From the human T2T-CHM13v2.0 reference genome, Homo sapiens, in NCBI RefSeq assembly GCF_009914755.1, contig NC_060928.1: 64,000 nucleotides of DNA; one strand, 5' to 3'. Under the pieces are notes generated by a model. The model was not told the DNA's origin and did not search any database. It saw only the letters and a list, made by a program, of their open reading frames with translations. The translations under genes and the position numbers were made by a program. This document shows positions 1-13,118 of this stretch, in pieces; the first letter of the stretch is position 1; every line of letters starts with the position of its first letter.

Positions 1-808
1 TATGTTCATGAGTTAGAAGATTTAATATTGTCAAAATATCCATGCCATCAAAAGTGATTTACAGATTCAATGCAATTCCTATCAAATTTCTAATGTTGTT
101 CTTCACCGAAATAGGAAAAACAATCTTAAAACTTGTATAAAATGACAAAATATCTTGAATAGCCAAAGCAATTTTAAGCAAAAGAAAGAAAACTGGAGAC
201 ACCACACTACCTGACTTCAAAATACATTATAAAGTTATAGTAATCAAAACAGCATAGTACTGGCATAAAACTACATATATCAACCAATGGAATAGGATAG
301 AAAGCACAGAAATAAACCCACATATCCAAGGTCAATTGATATTGAACAAAGGTTTGAAGAACACATTTTGGGGAAAGGACAGACTCCTCCATAAATAATG
401 TTGGAAAAACTGTCTATCCACATGCAGAAGAATGAAATTGGACCCTTATCTTATCCCTGATACAAGAATCCACCCACAATTGATTAAAGACTTAAATATA
501 AGACTCTAAACTATCAAACTACCAGATTAAAACATAAGGGAAAGCTATACAGTATTGGTCTGGGCTATGATTTGTTGGATATGACCCAAGAAGCACAGTC
601 AACAAAAGCAAAAAATAAACAAATAGAATTGTATCAGACTAAAAAACTTTTGCACTGCAAAGGAAACAATTAGCAGATGGAAGAGAAAAAAACACAGACT
701 GGGAGAAAATATTTACAAATCATAAGTCAGGTAAGAAGCTCATATCTACACTATAAAAGAAACCCAAACTACCCAATAACAGGAAAACAAATAATTCTGT
801 TTAAAAGG
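1..808 (+). mobile_element. Older LINE-1 (L1M/L1PB-like) ORF2 3' fragment
   Basis: Diverged L1 ORF2 sequence (tacagattcaatgcaattcctatcaaa..., aaaacagcatagtactggcataaaa...). No 3'UTR follows. Confidence 0.85.
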
Positions 809-1829
809 TTCTAATTAAATTAAAGAGCTTCTGCATAGTAAAAGAAACTACCATCAGAGTGAACAGGCAACCTACGAAATGGGAGAAAATTTTCACAACC
901 TACCCATCTGACAAAGGGCTAATATCCAGAATCTACAATGAACCCAAACAAATTTACAAGAAAAAAACAAACAACCCCATCAAAAAATGGGTGAAGGATA
1001 TCAACAGACACTTCTCAAAAGAAGACATTTATGCAGCCAAAAGTCACATGAAAAAATGCTCATCATCACTGGCCATCAGAGAAATGCAAATCAAAACCAC
1101 AATGAGATACCATCTCACACCAGTTAGAATGGCAGTCATTAAAAAGTCAGGAAACAACAGGTGCTGGAGAGGATGTGGAGAAATAGGAACACTTTTACAC
1201 TGTTGGTGGGACTGTAAACTAGTTCAACCATTGTGGAAGTCGGTGTGGCGATTCCTTAGGGATCTAGAACTAGAAATACCATTTGACCCAGCCATCCCAT
1301 TACTGGGCATATAACCAAAGGACTATAAATCATGCTGCTATAAAGACACATGCACACATATGTTTATTGTGGCACTATTCACAATAGCAAAGACTTGGAA
1401 CCAAGCCAAATGTCCAACAACGATAGACTGGATTAAGAAAATGTGGCACATATACACCATGGAATACTATGCAGTCATAAAAAATGATGAGGTCATGTCC
1501 TTTGTAGGGACATGGATGAAACTGGAAACCATCATTCTCAGCAAACTATCACAAGGACAAAAAACCAAACACCGCATGTTCTCACTCATAGGTGGGAATT
1601 GAACAATGAGAACACATGGACACAGGAAGGGGAACATCACACTCCGGGGACTGTTGTGGGGTGGGGGGAGGGGGGAGGGATAGCATTAGGAGATATACCT
1701 AATGCTGAATGACGAGTTAATGGGTGCGGCACACCAACATGGCACATGTATACATATGTAACAAACCTGCACATTGTGCACATGTACCCTAAAACTTAAA
1801 GTATAATAATAATAAAATTTAAAAAAAAA
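809..1829 (+). mobile_element. 5'-truncated L1PA (L1PA3/4-like) with ORF2 C-terminus, 3'UTR and poly(A)
   Basis: ORFs 859-1314 and 1360-1602 match the L1 ORF2p C-terminus (...HRMFSLIGGN*). G-rich 3'UTR, then ...aaaacttaaagtataataat and an A tail. Confidence 0.95.
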
Positions 1830-2155
1830 GAAATTGCCACAGCTATCCCAATCTTCAGCAACCATCACCCTGATGATCGAGCAGCCAACAACATTCAGTC
1901 AAGACCCTCCACCTGCAGAAAGACTGTAATTTGCTGAAGGCTCAGATGATTGTTGGCATTTTTTAGCAATAAAGTATATTTAGTTAATGTACATTTTTGA
2001 GACATAATGCTGTTTCACACAATGGACCAGAGTGTAATGTAAACATAATTCTATATGCACTGGGAAGCGAAAATTTATGTGACTCGCTTTATTGAGATAT
2101 TTGCTTTATTGCAGTAGCCTGGAACTGAACCTGGAATATCTCTAAGGAATGCCTG
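1828..2155 (+). mobile_element. Tigger1 DNA transposon 3' end
   Basis: aagaaattgccacag...gaaggctcagatgat...atatctctaaggaatgcctg followed by TA, matching my recall of the Tigger1 terminus and TA target site. Confidence 0.85.
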
Positions 2156-5100
2156 TAGTTACATTATCTTTGAAATATGGCTTTTATGTAGGGAATCTGT
2201 TTTTATCTCCTTGTTGGATATCATATTATAATAAAGTATAAGGCTATAGAAATCCTATCACACTTAAATATGAAATAAGTGAAATTTATACTTATGGATA
2301 ATTAGTATAATTTACATGTAGGAAAATTGTTATGATGGTACATTGCTGAATTACATTAATCATATATGGGAAAAAATTTAAAGCAATGTTTTAGATTTAG
2401 ATGCTAAAAAACATAGGTTTTAAGATCGGTTGCTTTTGTTTCAAGTAGAGTTTGGTTTTCATTTTCAACAATCCAATATTTTTCTTCTACAACATTCCAA
2501 AGTTAAATGCATTCAGAGCCTTGTTGGCAATAGTACAAACCCTTGCTATCTTTCCCTGGATCTCCTGGATCAGTCTCAAAAAGAAACTCAGTACTTATAA
2601 CACAGAGCTTATTGATATTCTAATTTGGTGATAGTATCACTTTCTTCTTAAAAATAAATTTAGCTTAAAGTAGTATAAAAGCAAAAATGAAATCTACTAA
2701 AGTGATTAACTTTACCACATATTACTGGAATGTAGTTTCTTGAATGTATGTATATTGGAAAATATTATGATTACTCTATACTTAACATGTAATTAAGAAC
2801 TTTTAGAAACTTAAGTAGCAACCCTTAAGTACTTGTCATATCTCTTGAATTCCAAATGTGTGATAATAAAAGGAATTTACCACCTATTAAGCATTTACTG
2901 TATGCTGAACTAGATTAAATTTATATATATGATCAAAATTTATCTTCATGATCCCCCATGAACTGTAATTATATTCATTTTATCATCATCCAAATTCAAC
3001 AGCTAAGATGAGACAGATCTGCATTGAAATATTTTACTCTGATATGAAATCCCATTCTCCTAATCACTACAGTAATAAAATGCTAGTCACAAACACAACC
3101 AGTAAAAGGATTTTTATTTAGCTTATACCAGTATCTTGAGTAGTCCCAGTATAGTCAAACCATGTATATGTACTACACAGTCTTCATGGGCCAGCCTCAT
3201 GTTAAATGTTTGGGAGATAATATAGAGATAATAATAAACTTACAGTCCAGTTAAGAAGTCAATGCTAGTTATGAAAACATAGCAACATTTAAAATTTTCA
3301 TCTCATTATATGTATGATATATATGTAGGTATATATTATCTTTGTTCTATATCATACATCATACATATATTTGTATATATATACACATACATACATACCT
3401 GTATATAAATACACATGCATCTATCTATATATGTCTCTGTCATATCTAGATCTTAATTTTGATGTTGAACTGCCTCAAACTTAAATTAAAATAATTATAC
3501 CACTTTATCTTAAATCTGAAACTTCCAAAGAGAGCTACATGAAGACACTGAGAAATGGATAAATGAATGTTCTTTCTTACGTCCTTTCTGATTTCATTCT
3601 TTTTCCTCCTTCCAAAAAAAGAATTAAAAAAAATTGAGTGCCTATTATACTATTTAATATACTAAGATAAAAGACAAATAGAAAACATAGTATGTAGATA
3701 ACATAGTCATGGAGGAAAAAGAAATAAGTAGACAGATTATGTCCATGAAGTGTGCATAAATCATAAAAATAATCAAAAGTGCAAAGGTGTGGTGTAGGAG
3801 GTAAGAGATAGGGGGAGGGGAGGCACATGATTCTGAACTCAAAGCTGGGGAGCCAGAGAAGCTTCCCAGAAAAAGGCTTTCCAGACCATCCTTATATCTA
3901 TAATGCATATGTCTTTTTGTTAATTTTTCTTCTGCTTTAGGAGCCTTTCCTTTCTATCACTTCAACTCATTTTATTACATGGTCTCATTGTTGGAGACTT
4001 AAAAAAAAAGGAAGACGGGGGGCTATTAACCATAGTGAATATTAATACTTATGATAAGTTCCTTTGATGAAACTCTAGGAGATCTAGAGTTTACTTAGAA
4101 AGAAAATAGATGCAGCATAGGGTTTGGAGCTCAAAGTGAGTGCAGAAATTCATAGAAGAAATTTAACAAAGAAATTCACTAGACGGGAGAGAGATGAAAG
4201 GATGAAATAAAGATAACTATTAAATTAAGCTAATGATTGAATGTTCTAAAAGTCCTTCAAAATTGTTTTGGAGGCTACACCTAGATCTGATCATGAAATA
4301 TTCTCTTTAATTTAATGCAAGTTCTTAAACTCAGCATTCTTTGCAATTTACAACACTTTTACTTTATTCTAAATCTGTCTCTGAATCCTAATTATGTCCA
4401 TACCTTTTCCAGACAATAAAATATTCTTAGACAGTTCCCACCAAAAAAGTAGAGAGACAAGAAATATATTTTCTACAGACAAAATTTTTAAAAGATATAT
4501 GAATGGATAATAACATTGAAGACATAGATAAGAAAATAATCTTCCAAGAAAAATGATTACAGACCATGTCTGAAATGAAAAGCTGTATTTACTATTTATT
4601 AGTCTAAAACATATCTTTAATTTCTCAGCATGATCATATCCATAGAAAATATTTTAATGTAAATATTCAAGTTCCTTTATTCTTTCTTCATTTGCACTCA
4701 AATTTTATCCTTTCCTTTATCTGTTTTGATACACTATTAGGAATAGTTGATCGTTTTTTTCCTACCCTAAATTCAGTTGTCACCATATCTTCTTATAAAA
4801 GTATTCGTTATATAAACTTATAAGTTGATACATTTGGGGTTTTACCAAAAACTGGGTTTTTTTTTTTTACCTGTCCACTTACTTGTTCCTGCCATTCCTG
4901 GTAGTCTTTTAAGCTGCTGTTTCAGCTCTCCAAGCAATTTTCAAAGGCAGCTATGGTACAACCCCAGCTAACAGATCAAAGAATTCGCCCCATGTTTGCC
5001 TTCACTGAACTCAGAACGTGGGACGGTTAGACTTTTGCTGTAAAGGCAGAGAATCACTATAAATGAGGCTTTGCACTTCTTGTAATGAAAACACATCCAG

Positions 5101-6024
5101 TTTGTACTCTCAGGGACAGTTACAACTAAATCAGGGTATTTCATGTATGCCCTGATACTCCTCACCCAAGCTCTCCTGTTTGGAATTGGCATGACATTTC
5201 TGAACTCTGTTTACAACTGTTGAGCCTCAACATTCTGCTTGTATTTGTGAGTCACAGATTATGAAGAAAAAACAGAAATTGTAAGTAAGCTACATAATTT
5301 ATTTTTCCTCTGGTCCTCCCAGAAATAATAATGTCTGCTTCTTCTCTCAGTGTGAACGTTTTTATGTATCCCATCTGTAAATGTTCACAAGAATATAAAT
5401 CCAATACAAAAACGAAATGCATCATTTCCTGAAAGCATTGTGGCAATTCTCTTCAGTTCCTAAGGATATATCAACACATAAAGAGAATAACGGAGATCCA
5501 CTTCTGCCCACATAAGAGAAATTTTAGACAGACCCTTTGGGGCTTATTTTGTCAGGTAATTGTATCCATTGTCCATTTCCATTCACTGTAGAGTACTTGT
5601 CTCTATATATCCAGAGAACAATCTAAGGCTCTTAAAAGGGGAGACTGCTTTCTGCAATCAAGAAGGATGTGAGCATCCATATTGACTTTGGAGAATGTCT
5701 ATGGTAAAGTGCTTGGATCAGACAATGTAATGGGAGGTGAAAAGTCAGGACCAGAGTAAGTTTAACCCAGCTGTAAAGGAAAAGAAATTTCTCTCTGAAA
5801 GTCTTCACTGTCTTTTCATGCCTTACTGTTTTCTCTCAGCAGTAGAGTTGTCTCCATACACTTTAAAGTTTCAGCTATTGTTTACTCAGCACCAATTTTG
5901 TGCATATCATTTTTAATAAGTTCTATGGAGAATATAAAGAAGTACAAGTGTGTTCACTGTTCTCTTTTAAGTGTGGAAAACAAGAAGCCACAAATTACAA
6001 AATAACAATAATCATATTTAAGAT

Positions 6025-6915
6025 AATCCTTCCTGATGCTTAAGCCAAAGCCTTGTAATTATCCTTGACTTTCCTCTTTCACACCCATATCCAATCCATC
6101 GGAAATCCTGCTGACTCCATCATCAAAATATATCCAGATTCCTATCACCTGTCAAGAATTCTACTGCTCCCACCCTGGTCCAAGCCACCACTGTCTCTCA
6201 CCTAGGTAAAAGCAGTGCCCTCTTGACCAGTCTCCTTGCCCAGACAGTCTACTCTCACCACTGCAAACAGACTGGGTCTGATAAGATATAAGAAAATCAA
6301 ATCGTGCCATGGCTCTGCCCAGAACTTTGCAATGATTTCTCATTTTACTCAGAAGTAAAAGCCAAAGCTCTTACAATGGCCAGCAAGGCCATAAGTATCT
6401 GAGCTGTCCTCTCTGTTACACATCTGACTTCATCTCCTGCTAATCTCACCCTCTGTGTCTTTGCCTCCTTTCTCTGGGCATACTCCTGTTTCACATCTTT
6501 TGAACTGAATGCACTCTTCCCTATTGTAGAATGCTATTTTTTTCAGTCATCCATATAGGTGACTCCTTCAAATTTCTATAAGCCCTCATCAAAATCTCAA
6601 CATCTCAATGAGGCTAATATTAACAGCACCATATAAACTGAAAAAAAGTTGTTCATCTTGCTTCCAATTCTCCCACTTCTTATTTCCCTGCTCTTATTTA
6701 TTTTTATTTTCTCCGTAGCATTCGATACTTCCTGACATACTACATATTTCACCTCTTCACTATGTTTGTTATTTATTTCCACTCCATTCACTAAGATGTA
6801 AATTCACAGGGGCAGGAATCTCATCTGTTCACTGATAAATTTCAATGGATTAGAACAATTGCTGGCACATACTTAACACTCAATAAATATGTATTCAATA
6901 AATTTATGAAGAATT
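6025..6915 (+). mobile_element. LINE-2 (L2a-like) 3' region
   Basis: Typical L2 motifs (ccaccctggtccaagccacca, ggcaggaatctcatctgttcactg, ctggcacata...ctcaataaatat). Confidence 0.8.
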
Positions 6916-6929
6916 AATAAAAAATAGTG

Positions 6930-7160
6930 TCCTTTACTGACTGCATTCTACCTGCCAGTGCTTTGCTAAGTATTTTGCACACATTATTTTATTTTGTCTC
7001 ATAAACCCTATGAGGTAAGGTATTACTCCTCCTCTTGGCAAATGCAGAAGCCAACATTTAAAAAAGTTTGTTACTTGCCCAAGGTTACACAGCAGGTAAG
7101 TGGCAGAGCCAATATTGAAACTCATATCCAGCTCTAAAGCTTGGATGTTAACTGCTGTGA
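6930..7160 (-). mobile_element. MIR SINE
   Basis: Reverse MIR core acttgcccaaggttacacagcaggtaagtggcagagcc. Confidence 0.8.
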
Positions 7161-10100
7161 CATGTTGAAAGTAGCAACTTGTTTTACTACACAGTTCTGC
7201 ATAATCATGAGTTTCTGTTGTGTGTAGGAAAGGATTTAAGCTTTCTGGACTGAGAAGCATAAAGTAATTATCAAAAAATATGTTATTCCAGAATCTAATC
7301 CTAATTTAGAAAATGTTTCAAAACAAGACACTGGCTCATAATATCTATAGAAAAAGGCAAGAAAAACACAGGGAACAAGGGTGAATTTTAATTGGTTATC
7401 CTTTTCATTCATCTCATCATAGTCTGATTCTCATTTTTCTCTTGGGGATGGCTTCTAAGTGTCTCTAATGATTGATCTCTGTTCTTGACCTCCAATTAAC
7501 ACAAAAACCAAACTATTGGTAAATTCATCATTTTAAAATGAGCCAGGTGGCTTTTAAAAAAACCTTTAAGCGGCTTGTTTGGAATCAGCTGACCCTCAGC
7601 TACTTACTCTCTTGATTCCTCTTGATGTCACACACAGTTTCAAGAATGCTAGCACTTAGTCCCAGCTTCATGAAGCAAGGAAATCCTTTAACTTCCCTCA
7701 CTTGTGGTGCCAGCGTATCCGCTTGCCACTCTTTTTGTACACATTACATTATTTTAAGCTTGAATTTGTCATCCAGTTTTGCCCCATCTGTGTCATGGCT
7801 GGCTCCACCTGTGTCTCAGATTATAAACTTCCATGAGAGGAGAAGAGATCTGGATATAATTATACATACTAAGTCACTTTATACAGACCTCACAGGCAGC
7901 CATGAACTGAGTAGACTCTTAATATGTGCATTCTGATAAAAATATCCTAGTCTACTCCCTTCCGAGGCACCCTCCACCCACGTCAACACTTCACTTTCTT
8001 TCTCATTTGCCTGGTGAGTCATATCAGTGCTAAAAATTTATATTAAATGCTTCAATCCCAATGTCTTACTTTATTTTTTGCCAGCATTTTCTTAACCTGA
8101 ATAGTCCTTATAATTGTAATTGTTCACTTCTTGCGGTATAAACATAGAGGAATATATAAGCAGTCAACAGACTCTTTGCATTTCAATGCACTAAACTATA
8201 TTTTTTTAGAATTAAACATCCATCATGCTTTAAAAATACTCCAACAGATTGTGTTTCTAAATGGTGCCTTAAACAGCAGTTGTCCTTTCCTTTGCAAACT
8301 CAGTAAAGGGATAATATATCCTTTGGGGTCAGGCTATGCTCCATTTTTTCCCCCAGTAGACCCTTTAACTGCAAATAACTTTTCTTAAATGGATTCTCAA
8401 ATTTCCTTTTAAATCAAAGTTATTATTAAGTCAAAGAAAACTAGAGAAGAATTGTTACAAGTGCCAAGCATTCACTTTAGCACTTCCTGCAGGGAAGCTC
8501 ATTTCAATATGTAGCAATTCTGATTCTCCCTTTGCTAAAGATCCTGCCAAGCACAGGAACCCCCAAATAATCAGGGCTATGCTAAGCACAACCTTATCAG
8601 AGCTGGAGGAAAATACATTACAATCTAATCCACTGTATGTTTTCCATCTTGCTTTCATTTATTTATAATTTTCTGTATTACCTTAAAATATCACTGGGTT
8701 GACTAAAATGGCAGTTCATTAGTAAGACTCTTTAAGGGTCTTTCTAACTACACACCTCATCAGGTTACATACTAGACCACTTGAAACAAAATGTAGTCAA
8801 AACACTCTTGTTTATATTTCTCAATCATTATTCTCATAATGGCAAATTTAGTACCTCTTCAAGAGGCATGTGGACTCATATCCATCTTCACAGAACTTGG
8901 TGAAATGTAGTATTTCTTAATGCACATAAGGTGCCAACACTATACCCCCTGTTAATCATTAAGGGACTGTGGCACTCAATGCCCCTGACCATGTTAATCT
9001 TCACTCCTTAAACTCTTAAAATAAATATCTTCAACCATTGCCCCATTGTGCTCCTCAGAAAACTTTAATAATGCTGGACATCTCGGAAAATCAAAATCAG
9101 CTTTCTTTTGCTCTGCTTTTAATCCCTTTTCCCAAGACCTTTAATTTTATCCTTTTGTCTAGCCTCCCTCTATGGATTTACCAAAGCCAATCTATCTGTC
9201 AATTTTCTGATTTTCTCTGAATCTCCCATTCAAGAATCTGTTTGCTGCAGTCTCTCCACACCCCTGGCCAGGAAGAAAACATACTTGCAATTATCTGGGG
9301 ATATGGTAAACTCACTAAGAAAAAAAAAAAAAAGCCACTGTTTTACAGCTTCCCACATGTATAGTATCTAACAGCTCATCTCTTTGATGTTTATCAAGCA
9401 ATTACAGGGTGCATGGCAGCTGCATAAATAAGTATGCCTTTGAGAAACCTAGACTTCGCATATAAAAATCACTTCTGAGATTCACATGAAGCCTGGGTCT
9501 GCAGACGTTATCGCAGGACAATCAGGAACTAATCTAATGGCCTCAAGATTAGTATATTCTATTTTCTGAGATGAGCAGAATGAACAAGACATAACTGCTG
9601 TTCTGTGAAGGTTTGATCTACTGCTGGAATAACACTTATTCCCCTCTTCTCACATTTTACTGGACATTTCCCTCCCTAGAGGGGACATTATTCACTACCC
9701 ATAAATAACTATTCACTACCCATAAATACCTCTCCTGAGGGAGAAATAGTAACTTTTGTGACAAGAGGGATTGGGAAAAGAAACTGAACATGATCAGCTT
9801 TGCCACTTTCTCTGATTTAAGATCCCCTTGCCCAGAAGAGTTGTGTCCTGTTTTCTGGGTTTGTTTTTTTTTTGTTTTGTTTTGTTTTTGTTGTTGTTGT
9901 TTGTTTGTTTTTTGCTTCCCGTGATAAGCACACAAGTTTGGACACAGGCCTGTCATTTAGGCATAGGTCAGAAAGAGTATCCCTTTCTGACTGCACTACT
10001 GGGGCTCTACATACATAAAACAGTGATCAGGAATATGTCTGTCTATCTGCAGGCCCCAGAACTCCTAGGGTGAAATATTAAGGAGCCTGACTATGACCAT

Positions 10101-10505
10101 ACATCTAAGCCACATTCTCCCATCTAGCCTGTTAGTAATAAAACTGATAATCTGATCTCTGGAAGTCTGCTTTCTATGTCTAGTTTTTATTTGGCTTGGG
10201 GTTCAGGAGGAGAAAAAAGGGTCTTATTATAGGCCCCATAAGCCCTAAACAGCTACAGAGGAGCAATTAGGCATGCTTCTTATCTAGTATGTTGCATTTC
10301 ATTTTATTAGATCTGTGTGGAGTGAAAAGACCTCAATTTGAATTTGAATTCTCTCACTTACTATGTGTATAACCTTGGCCAATTTATTTAACTTCTTAGT
10401 CCCTCAGTTTCCTCAATCATCTATTCAAATAATATTAAATGAGCACATACAATGTGCCAGGCACTGTTCTAGGGTCTGAGGATACACAGTAAACAAATAG
10501 ACTAA

Positions 10506-10838
<333 letters not shown>

Positions 10839-12563
10839 TGTGAAACTTTCATACAGTAAAATTGAAATAGTCCTAGGACATAACGTTAGTATGAGTATAA
10901 AACATAACGTTAGTATGAGTATACTAGGCCTAGTATATGAGACACACTTACAGTGTTTCCTGGACATAGTAAGCACTCAACAGGTGATGAGGAATGATGA
11001 TGATAATGACAATGAAGATCTTTGCTTCATTGAGGGAAGGAGTGCCAGCTCTAACCAAACAACTTGTGTTATTAATGCAGTTTTTTTCTCTGTGATTATC
11101 TCTGAGCTTTACGATGTCCCATGATGCAATGATGATTCTTTACATAAAAATATTTTACATCTTCTGATTTCTAAATTCCACTCTCTAACGCTGAACTCAG
11201 CTCCTTAGAGGATACTGTTATTTAACCTGCTATACTGTGTCAGTAGGAATTATTTTCTGACTTTGAAAGCAAAGGGCTTTCATTTTGTTTTGTTTTGCAA
11301 TACTGATGTTCCATATAGTATAACATATTGTTAATTGAATTCTGATGGGCAATATTGAAACATTATTTTATCTTCTCTTCTTAGAGATGGTAGGTCTCTA
11401 AATAAATATATTTATGAAGTTAACAAGGATGTTGCCACACAGAATTTGCACCTCTTTAAGAATAATCATTATTTTAAGTGCATGCATTGGATGGTTAGAA
11501 ATTCAGGGATCACATGTTTGCTGGGTTAGTTCTTGTATAGAAATGGTTGAACTACCACACTCTTGGCCTTAGATTGATACTTAGCCACTGTCTCTGATGC
11601 AATTAATCTAGGATTAGTCTCAGACTAAATATCTCTGAGCAATCTTCTATCAGAGAGTCCTTTTATCTACATGTTATGCCAGTTATGATGTTCTTTTGCA
11701 CTAACTTGGCTACTTGGTAGAATTTGTCCATTTGGATACTTGACTAACCATCTGTGATCAAGCCATTCATCTCAGCCACATTAATGTTCTATACATAAGG
11801 AATGATGAATTACCTTCACAGGTAATGGATAACTTTCAAATACAGCTCATATCTTCATCCACTCATTCCACCATCATAAACACACACCTGTTATACCAAA
11901 TATTGGGATCTGTAATTTTATTTTCATTTTCAGACATGACATCAAAACTTAGTTTAAGTATAAGGTACATAAGGTCATAAAGATAGTAAGCAGCAGAAGT
12001 GTTAACCAAAAATATTCTTCTTGACCCAAAGTTTACCAAAATTGCCCAAATATGTTGTAATGTCTAATAAAAATCACGTACTCCAAATTTAGGGAGATAC
12101 TCTTAAACTAAATCATTATGGGACCTAACACTATCCAACACATTCTACTTTCGTTGTAAAGTCTAATGAAAATCACTCACTCTAAATTTAAGGAAATATT
12201 CTTAAACTAATCTTTATAGCACTTAAGATTCTCTGACACTTTAGAGCCCATTTTCATTATAATCATTATACTCAACTTTGTAGAACTCAAGAAAAGATAC
12301 TATCAGCCCCTTCTAAAACTGTCAAGCCTAAGACGATGGACAAGTACCATATCTTTCTTTACTCAGAAATGTGTAACTACAACAACATATCTACAATTGC
12401 CTGTACCAAGTAATAATGGAAATATCTTTAGTGAGCTCTCTATTGTTCAGTACTCTATATGTTTTTCAAAAATAATTACCTTCAAGAGAGAAGGTAATTA
12501 TTTCATAGTCATTTTTATTTTTATATTACAATGCAAAATAAATCAAAACTTAAAGAATTGTAA

Positions 12564-12822
<259 letters not shown>

Positions 12823-13118
12823 TTAAAAGCAGTGATAAGTCCACTCACATTCCTAAAAGAGACAGGAGAGAAGAAGGAAACCAATTAGTAAAAAGGGGAT
12901 TACTCCTCCTGTGCTACTAGCTAGGGAGCAATGAAACTATATTAATTCCTCCTGGCTCTTTGAAAATGTGACTTACCAGGAAATCAAATAATATTAAAGT
13001 CAGCATTTCTTAAAGCTTATTTAGCATTTTGATTGTGGTGATGGTATCACAGGTATATACATAAGACCAAATTGATAAAAATGTATACATTAAATGTTTA
13101 ATTTTTGTATATCAATTA

